The notes beneath the pieces are model-generated. The model had not been told where the DNA came from. It saw nothing but the letters and a program-made list of their open reading frames with translations, and searched no databases. Positions 1 through 9,307 of a stretch of DNA of 64,000 bases are shown here, one piece after another (positions within the stretch are counted from its first letter, which is position 1; each line of letters opens with the position of its first letter). The stretch spans positions 256,001 through 320,000 of the forward strand of contig CAVXVB010000009.1 in the NCBI GenBank assembly GCA_963765205.1, written 5' to 3'. The translations under genes and the position numbers were made by a program. The DNA is from an uncultured Verrucomicrobiae bacterium (GTDB lineage Bacteria; Verrucomicrobiota; Verrucomicrobiia; Opitutales; JABDGR01).

Positions 1-14
1 AAAAACGCCTCGGG

Positions 15-1061
15 GTGCTCGTGGCGCTCACCACGCTGGCGCTGGCGCTGGCGTTTTTATCGGTGTCCTACGGCTCGTATGACAAGGTGCGTGCGCCGGA
101 AGTTTGGCGCGTCTTGGCCCGCCTGGCCGGCTGGAGCCGCAGTGACGGGAATGCAACCGCGGAATCGGTCGTGATCGCGCAGCACGTCGTGTTTGATTTG
201 CGGTTGCCGCGCGTGGCCCTCGGGATTCTGGCCGGCGCGGCGTTGGGGATGGCCGGCGCGGCCTTGCAGGGGCTTTTTCGCAACCCGCTGGCCGATCCGG
301 CGCTGATTGGCGTGTCGGGCGGGGCGGCGCTGGGCGCGGTGGTGGTCATCGTGCTCGGCGGCGCGGCGGTGGGTTTGCCCACGCCGTTGGCCGGCGCCTT
401 TGCGCTGCCCGTGGCCGCCATGGCCGGCGGTGTGGTGGTGACGTTTCTGATTTATCATCTGGCGAAATTCGAGGGCCGCACCCATGTCGCGTTAATGTTG
501 TTGACCGGCTTGGCGCTCAATGCGCTGGCGGGCGCGGCCATCGGCCTGCTGGTGTACCTCGCCACCGACGAGCAATTGCGTGCGTTCATGTTTTGGTCCC
601 TGGGCAGTTTGAACCGCGCAGGCTGGTCACAAATCGGCGCGGTCGCGCTCTTCATTATCCCGGCTCTTCTGTTGCTCCCGCGACTGGCGCGGCCGCTCAA
701 CGCGCTGGCGCTGGGTGAGGCCGAGGCGCACCACCTCGGCGTGCCCGTGCAACAACTTAAGCGCCGGTTGATTTTTCTCTCGGCCCTGATGGTCGGCGCA
801 TCCGTTGCGGCCTGCGGGACGATTGGTTTTATCGGGCTGGTCGCGCCCCATCTGGCCCGGCTGTTGTATGGGCCGGACCACCGCCTGTTGCTACCCGCGT
901 CGGCGCTGCTCGGCACGGTGCTGCTGCTGGCCGCCGACATCATCGCGCGGTTCGGCACGGTGGGTTTCGAGGAATTGCCCATCGGCGTGGTTACGGCGCT
1001 GGCCGGCGCGCCCATTTTCCTGGCGATGCTTCTGCGCGCCCGGCGCAAGGGGGAGTTTTAA
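15..1061 (+). CDS. hmuU: Heme/iron-siderophore ABC transporter permease (FecCD/HmuU family); frame is open to the window edge, so the true start may lie upstream
   Basis: LRLPRV..G, ALQGLFRNPLADP..IGVSGGA and EAEAHHLGV motifs; next to an HmuV-like ATPase. Confidence 0.85.
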   Translation: MLVALTTLALALAFLSVSYGSYDKVRAPEVWRVLARLAGWSRSDGNATAESVVIAQHVVFDLRLPRVALGILAGAALGMAGAALQGLFRNPLADPALIGVSGGAALGAVVVIVLGGAAVGLPTPLAGAFALPVAAMAGGVVVTFLIYHLAKFEGRTHVALMLLTGLALNALAGAAIGLLVYLATDEQLRAFMFWSLGSLNRAGWSQIGAVALFIIPALLLLPRLARPLNALALGEAEAHHLGVPVQQLKRRLIFLSALMVGASVAACGTIGFIGLVAPHLARLLYGPDHRLLLPASALLGTVLLLAADIIARFGTVGFEELPIGVVTALAGAPIFLAMLLRARRKGEF

Positions 1062-1062
1062 C

Positions 1063-1863
1063 ATGCTGGCCGCGCGCGACCTTCATTTCTCCCGCGGAGA
1101 CCGCAAAATTCTGGATGCGGTGTCCGGCGAACTGCGTCCGGGGCGCGTGACCGCGCTGCTCGGCCCCAACGGCGCGGGCAAGTCCACTTTACTCAAATTG
1201 TTCGCGGGTGAATTGGACCCCGCCGGCGGGATCATCGAACTCGGCGGCCGGCCTTTGGCGGCCCAGCCGCCGCGCGCCGTCGCCCAACGGCGCGCCGTGC
1301 TGCCGCAGGAATCCCACCTCGCCTTTGCGTTTCTCGTGCGCAACGTCGTGATGATGGGGCGCTTCCCGCATCTCGACGGCGCCGAAACGCCGCGTGACGT
1401 GGAAATTTGCGCCGCCGCGCTGGCTAAAGTTGAAGCGGGCCATTTGGCGGAGCGGCGTTACCCCACGCTGTCCAGCGGCGAAAAGCAGCGCGTGCAACTC
1501 GCGCGGGTGCTCGCGCAAATCTGGGAGCCCCCGGCTTCCGGCCCGCGCTATTTGTTGCTCGATGAGCCGACCGCCGGTCTTGACCTCGAGCACCAGCACG
1601 CCGCCCTGCGTGCCGCGCGGGATTGGGCGCGCGTCGGCGCGGTTGTCCTCGCTGTGCTGCATGATTTGAACCTGGCCATGACTTACGCCGACGACGCCTG
1701 GGTGCTGGAAAATGGCCGGCTCGCTGCCGCCGGGCCGATCGCGGACACGCTGACGGCCACGCTGATCGAGCGCGTCTTCAACGTCGCCGTGGAACTGCTG
1801 CCGCGCCCCGGCGCTGCGCGGCCGGTCATCCTCACGCGCCCGCGCGCGGAGCAGGATCAATAA
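1063..1863 (+). CDS. hmuV: Heme ABC transporter ATP-binding protein
   Basis: Walker A GPNGAGKS; LSSGEKQRVQLARVLAQIW; LLLDEPT; ATG at 1063 just after the permease stop. Confidence 0.85.
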   Translation: MLAARDLHFSRGDRKILDAVSGELRPGRVTALLGPNGAGKSTLLKLFAGELDPAGGIIELGGRPLAAQPPRAVAQRRAVLPQESHLAFAFLVRNVVMMGRFPHLDGAETPRDVEICAAALAKVEAGHLAERRYPTLSSGEKQRVQLARVLAQIWEPPASGPRYLLLDEPTAGLDLEHQHAALRAARDWARVGAVVLAVLHDLNLAMTYADDAWVLENGRLAAAGPIADTLTATLIERVFNVAVELLPRPGAARPVILTRPRAEQDQ

Positions 1864-2210
1864 TCATCCACCATCATGAGCATCACCCAGCTATACCCGG
1901 CGGTAAAAAACATCATGGCCGCCACCAGGCCGACGAACCCCGTCAAAACAGTCAGGAGGCCCAGGATGAGGTTCACCGACACCAACCCGATGAAGTAATC
2001 CCGGTGCCGCCGGGAAAGTTTTTTCCGCGGCGGCGGGGGTATCTCGTCAAAACCCTGCGCCTTCTCGCGCTCCCGGTTGACGCGCAGCAATTCCAGCGGA
2101 TCATTGGCGGATGACGCGCGCGCGCTGGCCGGCTCGTTGTCCCGCGTGAACTCCGCCGCTTTCAATTTGAGCACCCGGGGCGGCGGATCGGGTTCGGCGG
2201 GCGTGGCCAT
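1857..2210 (-). CDS. Small membrane protein, unknown function
   Basis: MATPAEPD... with a C-terminal hydrophobic hairpin. Confidence 0.6.
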   Translation of the reverse strand: MATPAEPDPPPRVLKLKAAEFTRDNEPASARASSANDPLELLRVNREREKAQGFDEIPPPPRKKLSRRHRDYFIGLVSVNLILGLLTVLTGFVGLVAAMMFFTAGYSWVMLMMVDDY

Positions 2211-2229
2211 GGGTAACCGTCTTCTAATT

Positions 2230-3336
2230 TCAGTCTCGGGCCGTGGCAAACGGCGCGGGCGTATGGCGCTTGGGCGCATTGGCGCGGCGGGCGCGCACCG
2301 CGCGGGCGAGTTCGACCAGCACGGGTTCCGTTTGCTCGAACGAAATGCAGGCGTCGGTGATGCTTTGGCCGTATTTGGCGGTGAGGCCGGGCACGTAATC
2401 TTGGCGGCCTTCGACTAGGTTGCTCTCCATCATGATGCCGCAGAGCTGGCGCGCGCCGGCGGCGATTTGCGCGCAGAGGACGCGGGCGACCGCCGGCTGG
2501 TTCCGGTAGTCCTTCCCACTGTTGGCGTGGCTGCAATCCACCATGAGATAGGGTGGCAATTTCACCTTTTCGAGCGACGCCGCGACTTGGGCGACGGTTT
2601 TCGCGTCGTAATTCGGCCCCGTGTGCGAGCCGCCGCGCAGGATGACGTGGCAGTCCGGGTTGCCGAGCGTCTTGAAAATCGCGGCCACGCCCTGCTTGGT
2701 CACGGACGGGAACCAGTGCGGCTGCTGCGCCGCGCGAATCGCGTCAATCGCGATTTGAAAATCGCCGTCCGTCCCGTTTTTGAAGCCGACCGGCATGGAG
2801 AGGCCGGAAGCAAGCTCGCGGTGAATCTGGCTTTCCGTCGTGCGCGCGCCGATGGCCGCCCACGAAATCGTGTCCGCGTGGAATTGCGGGATGATCGTGT
2901 CGAGAAATTCCGTGCCGCTGGGCAGGCCGAGTTCCGCCAGATTGAGCAGCAGTTCGCGCGCGCGGCGCAGGCCCTTGTTGATTTGAAAGCTCCCGTCGAG
3001 GAACGGGTCGTTGATCAAACCCTTCCAGCCGACCACCGTGCGCGGCTTTTCAAAATAAACCCGCATCACGACAAACACCTCGTCGGCAATCCGCCCGGCC
3101 ACCGCCTTGAGCTTCCGCGCATAGTCCAGCGCCGCGACCGGGTCGTGGATCGAGCACGGGCCGATGACGGCCAGCACGCGGTCGTCCTGCCCATGCAGGA
3201 TGCGCCCGATTTGCTGGCGCGAGTCGGTGACGAGCTGCGCCGCGCGCTCGGACAGCGGCGATTCCTCGACCAGGATGGCGGGCGGGATGAGCGGCCGCTG
3301 CGCCTCGATGCGCACGTCGTCGGTGTTGCGGAACAT
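2230..3336 (-). CDS. aroG: 3-deoxy-7-phosphoheptulonate (DAHP) synthase, class I-alpha
   Basis: GPCSIHD, RVYFEKPRT..GWKGLINDP, IGARTTESQIHRE, DCSHANS, SITDAC motifs. Confidence 0.92.
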   Translation of the reverse strand: MFRNTDDVRIEAQRPLIPPAILVEESPLSERAAQLVTDSRQQIGRILHGQDDRVLAVIGPCSIHDPVAALDYARKLKAVAGRIADEVFVVMRVYFEKPRTVVGWKGLINDPFLDGSFQINKGLRRARELLLNLAELGLPSGTEFLDTIIPQFHADTISWAAIGARTTESQIHRELASGLSMPVGFKNGTDGDFQIAIDAIRAAQQPHWFPSVTKQGVAAIFKTLGNPDCHVILRGGSHTGPNYDAKTVAQVAASLEKVKLPPYLMVDCSHANSGKDYRNQPAVARVLCAQIAAGARQLCGIMMESNLVEGRQDYVPGLTAKYGQSITDACISFEQTEPVLVELARAVRARRANAPKRHTPAPFATARD

Positions 3337-3371
3337 GGCCCGAGCATAGCGCCCCGCCCGGGAAAATCACC

Positions 3372-3851
3372 ATGAAAATGCGGGCTACTCAGATATTGCC
3401 GTGGGCATATAAAGCATGCCAGATTTCCGCCATGTCATTATACAGCCTCTCAGCAGAGTTACTGGAAAAGCTCAGTATGTCGGTTGTGGCAACCATGGTA
3501 GGCTATGACCCGCGATTGGTGAAGCTATATCCGAAGGACTTCCTTGCGCGTTACAATAGAATCACTGTTGATTTGAAAAATCTATCAGAGCATTCTTTCG
3601 ACTTAATCTTTGTAACCGTGCATTGAGAAGGCTCCAAAATTGGCGACGATAATTATTATGTCGTTCCTTTGCATGTGCCGGAACTAACGGCGCATTCAAA
3701 ATGTCGGTGTGACTTTTTGTCGTTCGATTCCTTTAACCTGCCGTTTAAAAACATTCGAATTAACCTAACGACGAGTGCGGAATCTTCCAAACGACAGGTA
3801 AGCCGCGCTTATGTCGAGCGATCTCGTGATCTCACGAAAATTATAGAATGA
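3372..3851 (+). pseudogene. AT-rich hypothetical gene (about 159 codons) with one in-frame TGA at 3624-3626
   Basis: ORFs 3372..3626 and 3669..3851 share a frame with no other stop between them. Confidence 0.5.
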
Positions 3852-3901
3852 AAATCCCCGCGCTTGCCTTGGCCGGGCCAACTGCGCCATGCTGCCCGGC
3901 G

Positions 3902-4936
3902 ATGCCCCCCTTCGTCCTGTTTCGCCGAGGTTTCTGGCTGGCCGCGGTTTTGCTCGCCGCCGCAGGGTGGGGTGCTTGCGCGAAAAGCGACTCGTCCGCC
4001 CAGGCGACCGCTGCCGACAGCGCGAAAAAACTTTTCCCCCTCCGCGTGCAACTCGATTGGTTCCCGGAACCGGAGCACGGCGGCTTGTATCAGGCGCTCG
4101 CCAAGGGCTATTTCGCCGACGAGGGCCTCGATGTGACCCTCCTGCCGGGCGGCAGCAATGTGCTGGTCACGCAATTCGTCGCCACCGGCTCTGCCGAAAT
4201 CGGGCAGTCGGCCACCACGCAGGTCATCCAGGCTGTCGCGGGCGGGTTGCCGGTCATCAACATCGCCTCGATTTTCCACCGCATGCCGACCGGCCTGATG
4301 ATGCACGCGGACAACCCCATCACATCCTTCGCGCAACTCGATGGCAAAACCATCATGGCGCGCCCCGAGGCGGTTTATATTCCCTACCTGAAAAAGAAAT
4401 ACGGCCTCAACTTCACCGTCGTCCCGCAGGACTTCAGCTCGGCGCATTTTCTGGCCGACCCGCATTTCATCCAGGAGGGCTTTTTCATCGCCGAGCCGTA
4501 TTTCCTCGAGCAGGCCGGCGCGAAGGTCAAATGGCTCGCGCTCTGGGACGCCGGCTACGAGCCGGAGGCGACGCTGCTCGCGAACACGAAATTCGCGCAA
4601 GAGCATCCCGAGCAGTTGCGGGCCTTCCTGCGCGCCTTCATCCGCGGATGGAAAAACTACCTCGAAGGCGACCCCGCGCCCGGCAACCTCCTCATCAAAA
4701 AGAACAACCCGAAAGCCGATGATGCCTTTTTCAAATACGAGCGCGACCAAATCCTCCAATTCAACCTCGGCAAAGGCGACCCCGCGCAAGGCGAAGATTA
4801 CGGCACGCTGAACCTCAAAAAAATCCAAGGCGAAATCTCCATCATGGAAGACCTCGGTCTCCTCAAACCCGGCGCCGTCCCCCTCGAAAAAGTGGCGACG
4901 GCGGAGTATTTGCCGCAGGCGGCGGCGAAACCGTAG
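3902..4936 (+). CDS. ABC transporter substrate-binding protein, NMT1/THI5 family, probable lipoprotein
   Basis: LDWFPEPEHGGLYQALAKGYFADEGLDV motif; signal peptide ending GWGAC. Confidence 0.85.
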   Translation: MPPFVLFRRGFWLAAVLLAAAGWGACAKSDSSAQATAADSAKKLFPLRVQLDWFPEPEHGGLYQALAKGYFADEGLDVTLLPGGSNVLVTQFVATGSAEIGQSATTQVIQAVAGGLPVINIASIFHRMPTGLMMHADNPITSFAQLDGKTIMARPEAVYIPYLKKKYGLNFTVVPQDFSSAHFLADPHFIQEGFFIAEPYFLEQAGAKVKWLALWDAGYEPEATLLANTKFAQEHPEQLRAFLRAFIRGWKNYLEGDPAPGNLLIKKNNPKADDAFFKYERDQILQFNLGKGDPAQGEDYGTLNLKKIQGEISIMEDLGLLKPGAVPLEKVATAEYLPQAAAKP

Positions 4937-5592
4937 GGATGGGTTTGAGTAATAACGTATAATCTGGCGCCATTTTTACCTCTCTATCATCGAAAGAAGA
5001 ACCTTTCCCATTAGTTTCAAAATGATCATACGTTATAACAGTCTAAAAATTTTCATTTATATGCATTCGGAGCAGCTTAACCGCCTCACGAACGAATGCT
5101 TACTGCCGATTGCTCCTCCATCAAACTTCAACGACCCATTTGAATGCTTGCTTTCTAAAAGTCGAAAATTTACCAAGGAGGAGTGGCTTTTTGCCTTAGA
5201 GAATTTTGAGATTTTTAAACAAGTCCATAATGCCCAGGTAAGGCCGAAGTTGACTTTACGTAATATAATCGACGTGTGGGATGACCTCCCTGATATTTCG
5301 GGCGCATTACTCGGGTTTGCAATACAAGGTTTTAATAAAATGGTTTCAGAGCAGTTTGCTATTTTGTGCTGCACTTTAAACGAAGCTTGCCCGCTTATGT
5401 GGGCGCACTATGCGCGAAAACATACTGGTTTTGTTATTCAATTAAATTCGGAACTATGCACTTCACAAACCTAGAATAAAGGGCAATATAAATTAAAGTG
5501 TATTATTTGACATGGAATACGCACTTCCCTGTCAACCAATCTACTCCAAAGATTACAATGAAACCTTGGAAAATTTGATTAAATTTTCTGAT

Positions 5593-5790
5593 TCACCTTT
5601 TTGTTCTAATGCGCTCTTTGAACGTCTTCAGGAATTCTTTTTCATGGGCCTCGAAATCGAAGACGTGGACAGTCCCGCAATCTGGACAGGGATGACGCTC
5701 GGAATTACGGTCAACAAGCGTAATATCGAATTCTTTCGCACACTTAACATTCTTGCACTTGACAGTTCTAGTAATGGGGAAATTCCATTT
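5593..5790 (-). CDS. Small zinc-ribbon protein (transposon cargo)
   Basis: MKWNFP..CKNVKC..CPDCG; start is approximate. Confidence 0.45.
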   Translation of the reverse strand, partial: KWNFPITRTVKCKNVKCAKEFDITLVDRNSERHPCPDCGTVHVFDFEAHEKEFLKTFKERIRTKR

Positions 5791-5815
5791 CATAAAGAGA
5801 CGATGGGTTAGGTTT

Positions 5816-6154
5816 TTAACGAGAACATTGTGACAAACCACCACCCAAAATAAATAAAGCCGCCCCGATGACAAGGCCGCAAATCATCCATCTAAGGCGT
5901 CTTGCCTGCGCTCCGGGGTTGTTCTTTTCGTTGATCGGATGGCCGCATTGTGGACAGCTACCGGCTTGTGGGGATACTTGCCTTCCGCAAACCGGACAAG
6001 AAATCGGTATTTTATTTTTTGAAGCGTTGCGACCCTCCTTAATTCTTTCTGAAATCATACAGAAAAGAATAAACCCCGTGACTCCAAAGAATACTGAAAA
6101 AACTGCTATAACGGTGCCATAGGTCTCAATATAGTAAATTAGAGGCGGATTCAT
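5816..6154 (-). CDS. Membrane protein with zinc-ribbon domain (cargo)
   Basis: TM helix, CPVCG..CPQCGHP, TM helix. Confidence 0.7.
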   Translation of the reverse strand: MNPPLIYYIETYGTVIAVFSVFFGVTGFILFCMISERIKEGRNASKNKIPISCPVCGRQVSPQAGSCPQCGHPINEKNNPGAQARRLRWMICGLVIGAALFILGGGLSQCSR

Positions 6155-6367
6155 CTTGAGGCATCTTTCATGGGTAGGAGAAGAAGAGCCGAAAAAAAGT
6201 GTATAGATAGAAAATGAATAAAATTAAAGACCAAAAACTCACTCAATTTTCAACTGATTTAGGAGACTTGAATCCTTCAAATATGAAACTGAAAGATTTT
6301 CTTATTCTAAGTGAACTCTACGGTAACGAATGGAAAATGGATATAGAAAAACGGGTTATGGAACCAA

Positions 6368-6580
6368 TCAACCGGCAGATAAGAGTTTCTTAAATTCTTC
6401 CAGCCGCTTCTCTCTGGTCTCTGCCATCGCATCGTTTAGATTGTGTATGAAGGTAAAAAATTCTAAACAGTCTTTCATAGCTGCTCGGTATGCTGCCCTA
6501 GAATTAGGGTCACGCGCATTTGCTCCCATTTGAATTCTAAGAAATACGGGCGGAACTTCTGGTATTTTCTGGATATTCAT
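6368..6580 (-). CDS. Small hypothetical protein (cargo)
   Basis: 70-aa ORF co-oriented with and downstream of the transposase. Confidence 0.45.
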   Translation of the reverse strand: MNIQKIPEVPPVFLRIQMGANARDPNSRAAYRAAMKDCLEFFTFIHNLNDAMAETREKRLEEFKKLLSAG

Positions 6581-6588
6581 AGCTTCAA

Positions 6589-6741
6589 TTATTTGAGGGT
6601 GGATTTTTGGGAGATGGAATTTTCCTTCTTTTTGATTGCCTTTTTTGCCTTCTTCTCTGGCGGCACTAGCATAGCTCTCCGCATGATTTCGTCGAACGGA
6701 ACTGGCGAGGGTGACTTAATGCGTATGGCTAAACGGGGCAT
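6589..6741 (-). CDS. Small basic protein immediately downstream of the transposase
   Basis: 50-aa ORF MPRLAIRIKSPSPVPFDEIMRRAMLVPPEKKAKK..., read manually (below the ORF-track cut-off). Confidence 0.5.
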   Translation of the reverse strand: MPRLAIRIKSPSPVPFDEIMRRAMLVPPEKKAKKAIKKKENSISQKSTLK

Positions 6742-6750
6742 ATAAAAAAG

Positions 6751-7695
6751 CTACGCATTTTTTGAGGTCTTGTAAAGCAGCCGTTTGCCCTCCGCTTGTT
6801 GCAAGCCATCCACTGTTCTCTCCCCATCCGTCATCTTGCGGGTATTGTAACGGTGATCGAACTCTGCCAGATACAGGGGCAAGTGTTGCTTACTGACGCT
6901 GTGGAAAGTTCCCACGATGCCTCTTTTGAGCAAGGAAAAATAGCCCTCCACCGTGTTTGTGTGGACATCGCCCCGGACATACTCCCCGGCAGAATGATTC
7001 ACCTTCCGATGCTTGAACCCCTTTGCGGCCCTCCTATATGGCCTAAATTGGTCAGTGTAGAGCTTTGACCCCGCCGCCACGTTGTCTTGTATCACCGCCT
7101 TCAAATTGTGGCCCGTAACGCACGCCATGACCCTAGAACGGGCCTTCCCGTCTCTTTGCACAAGGGATACAACTGGGGTTTTGTTGCCAACATAACGCCG
7201 TCCCATGCCCTTTGTCTTGCCCCCTACATAGGTTTCGTCAACCTCCACGGTTCCCTCCAATTTATCCACAAAGAGGGGGTGTTGCACGGCATAGCGGATT
7301 CTGTGCATCATAAAGAGGGCAGTCCGGTAACTCCCTAGATTTAGCATTCTTTGTATTTGCAACGAACTAACCCCCTTCTTGGATGAGCAAAACAGATACC
7401 AAGCGATCAGCCACTTGGACAGCGGGATATGAGAATCCTCAAAAATTGTCCCCACCGTGACTGTGAACTGTTTAAGGCAAGCCCCACAACGGTAGAGACC
7501 GGGCCGGATGTTTTTAGCCGGATTAACCTCCAATTTCCAAACCCTGCCCTGTTCCTTGCAATGGGGGCAAATGATGCCGTTGGGCCACCGTATTGCCTCT
7601 AGGTAGCTCCGCGCCTTGTCATCCGTGTCAAATTTTTGGATAACGTCAACGAGGGTCAGGTCTTTGGCATCAGAAAAAAGAGGATTGGTTTTCAT
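6751..7695 (-). CDS. IS1595-family (ISXO2-like) DDE transposase
   Basis: Zn ribbon RWPNGIICPHC..YRCGAC; HTH; EVDETY, YTDQF..Y, VNHS..YVRGDVHTNTVEGYFSLLKR, YLAEF..RYN. Confidence 0.95.
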   Translation of the reverse strand: MKTNPLFSDAKDLTLVDVIQKFDTDDKARSYLEAIRWPNGIICPHCKEQGRVWKLEVNPAKNIRPGLYRCGACLKQFTVTVGTIFEDSHIPLSKWLIAWYLFCSSKKGVSSLQIQRMLNLGSYRTALFMMHRIRYAVQHPLFVDKLEGTVEVDETYVGGKTKGMGRRYVGNKTPVVSLVQRDGKARSRVMACVTGHNLKAVIQDNVAAGSKLYTDQFRPYRRAAKGFKHRKVNHSAGEYVRGDVHTNTVEGYFSLLKRGIVGTFHSVSKQHLPLYLAEFDHRYNTRKMTDGERTVDGLQQAEGKRLLYKTSKNA

Positions 7696-7701
7696 GCCTC
7701 A

Positions 7702-7733
7702 AACCTACCTAATTTCCCAAGGTTTGTCAAGTG
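7702..7733 (-). promoter_or_regulatory. Sigma70-type transposase promoter embedded in a degenerate internal TIR copy
   Basis: TTGACA (7730-7725), 17 nt, TAGGTT (7707-7702), 6 nt, ATG; AAGGTTTGTCAAGTG resembles the right end AAGGTTTGTGAAGTG. Confidence 0.7.
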
Positions 7734-7843
7734 ATAATGTTTTAGGGGCTAATTATTTCTCTAGTAACTCACTGCCAATGCCTTGCGTAATTATCTGCCT
7801 ATTTTCCTTTGAAATCGGCTGATTTTGGGCTAGTTTCCACCCT

Positions 7844-8350
7844 ATGCTATTACTGCTCCTATTTGTTCTCATATTTATCGCAATCATTTTGGAGAAAAAT
7901 GGGGGGCTGCGTTGGACACGTCATCATACTTATACGCCGACCATAACCCCAAAATCGGAATCCCCAGCCAACTCAGGCGCAACTGAAGTTCCCAAGCAAT
8001 ACTCGTCTCCTTCTGGAAAGAGTGAGCACCCCTACTGGTCAAAGCATAACAAACTGTATCCCGGCGGTTCTCCGACCTCCCAAGAATGGGGAGAATTCAA
8101 AAGGACGGTTAGAGCAAGGGACGGTGGAAGATGCGTGCAATGCGGCAGCACTACTTTACTGCACGTTGACCATATAACACCCCTGTCTAAGGGCGGCGCA
8201 AATGCGATGGGGAACCTCCAAACACTTTGCAAAAAATGCCACGAAATAAAGACCGGGCGACCGCTTCGAGATTGGAGAGAGGGCAACACTGGCAACAAAA
8301 GCGGCAAATCTTTTTCAAGGAGAAGAGGCGGTCAATTCAGAGGGTGGTGA
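7844..8350 (+). CDS. HNH endonuclease with N-terminal membrane anchor (cargo)
   Basis: Hydrophobic N-terminus; VRARDGGRCVQCG..LHVDHITPLSKGGAN..NLQTLCKKCHEIKT. Confidence 0.85.
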   Translation: MLLLLLFVLIFIAIILEKNGGLRWTRHHTYTPTITPKSESPANSGATEVPKQYSSPSGKSEHPYWSKHNKLYPGGSPTSQEWGEFKRTVRARDGGRCVQCGSTTLLHVDHITPLSKGGANAMGNLQTLCKKCHEIKTGRPLRDWREGNTGNKSGKSFSRRRGGQFRGW

Positions 8351-8552
8351 CTTAAATATATTTTGACTTGTAAGTCCGGTCAACTTTCCTATTAAAACTC
8401 TCCCTATCCTCTGCCGAAGACCACCCGCTACCCGCAATATAAATCGTCCTCAATTTCCCATATTCTTCCTCAATTTCCTTCCTCTGTTTCCTTTTCTCAG
8501 CTTCATATTCCTCATATAATAAATCTCTCATAACCTCAAACAATACACTAAA

Positions 8553-8876
8553 ATGAGCGTGTTTTTTCATGTAAATAAAGTAAACAAAGGCAAGATAATT
8601 TCGATTGAAGAAGTCACCGAGGAAAGATTGGGACAGCACGGAACCTCAAAAGGGATTTCCAAAGAAAAAATTCAATCTATTACAGTTCAAGGATGGGTTA
8701 GTTATGATAAAAATTTCACTTATGAAATTGAGTATTTACAGGAAAAAGGGGAAGTGGATAGAAAATTTCCCGTTATAGTGAAAGAGCCAAAGGAAACAAT
8801 AAGGAATCCAGTGAGCGGCGAATATGAGACAGTTGTGATAATTGAAGTCGGCAATGAGCCGTTTCCGAAAGAGTAG
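8553..8876 (+). CDS. Hypothetical protein (cargo)
   Basis: 107-aa AT-rich ORF; overlaps a short opposite-strand ORF (8352-8570) that may also be real. Confidence 0.45.
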   Translation: MSVFFHVNKVNKGKIISIEEVTEERLGQHGTSKGISKEKIQSITVQGWVSYDKNFTYEIEYLQEKGEVDRKFPVIVKEPKETIRNPVSGEYETVVIIEVGNEPFPKE

Positions 8877-9195
8877 TTTTATCGAAAATTAGCTAAATTT
8901 TTTCTTCCCTCCTCAAGGTTTGTGAAGTGCATAGTTCCGATTAAATTGCGATTCATCACTCTTTTTGTCATTGATTCAAAAAGGATTACTTCACTGCGTT
9001 GATTATAGTGACATCCGAACGACCTTCAATCTGGCCTCTTTGGAGTCATCAAAAATCATCCATGATTTATTCATCCCCGCTGTTTGCCGAAAACAAGCGG
9101 CCTGGTCATATGAAAATGAAGTTAGATTTTTATTGCATTTAAGCCATGACGAAATAAAGGATCTTATTATAAAGGAATGTGGAGCACACCTTATG

Positions 9196-9259
9196 TTTTC
9201 AAAGATGTCCTCGGCGAGACGCCGAGGACGGCGGGCGGGACGCCCGCGCTCCCCGGGAC
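9196..9259. repeat. REP-like palindromic element; related copy at 33260-33302
   Basis: TTTTCAAAGATGTCCTCGGCGAGACGCCGAGGAC...GACGCCCGCGCTCCCCGGGAC. Confidence 0.75.
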
Positions 9260-9307
9260 GAAGAACCTGTATCCTCAAGTCCAATTACAATTCGGAGTGG
9301 GTATCAG

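Larger units (their letters stand above)
5449..8939. mobile_element. IS1595-family transposon with passenger genes (3491 bp)
   Basis: Perfect 24-bp TIRs CGGAACTATGCACTTCACAAACCT (5449-5472, reverse complement at 8916-8939); 8-bp TSD ATTAAATT (5441-5448, 8940-8947); internal ISXO2-type transposase; AT-rich. Confidence 0.95.

Noticed and set aside
7696..8939. RNA-guided (IscB/TnpB-like) role for the transposon HNH
   Set aside because: The protein is 168 aa with no RuvC or PLMP motifs, and no guide-like structured RNA or array was seen
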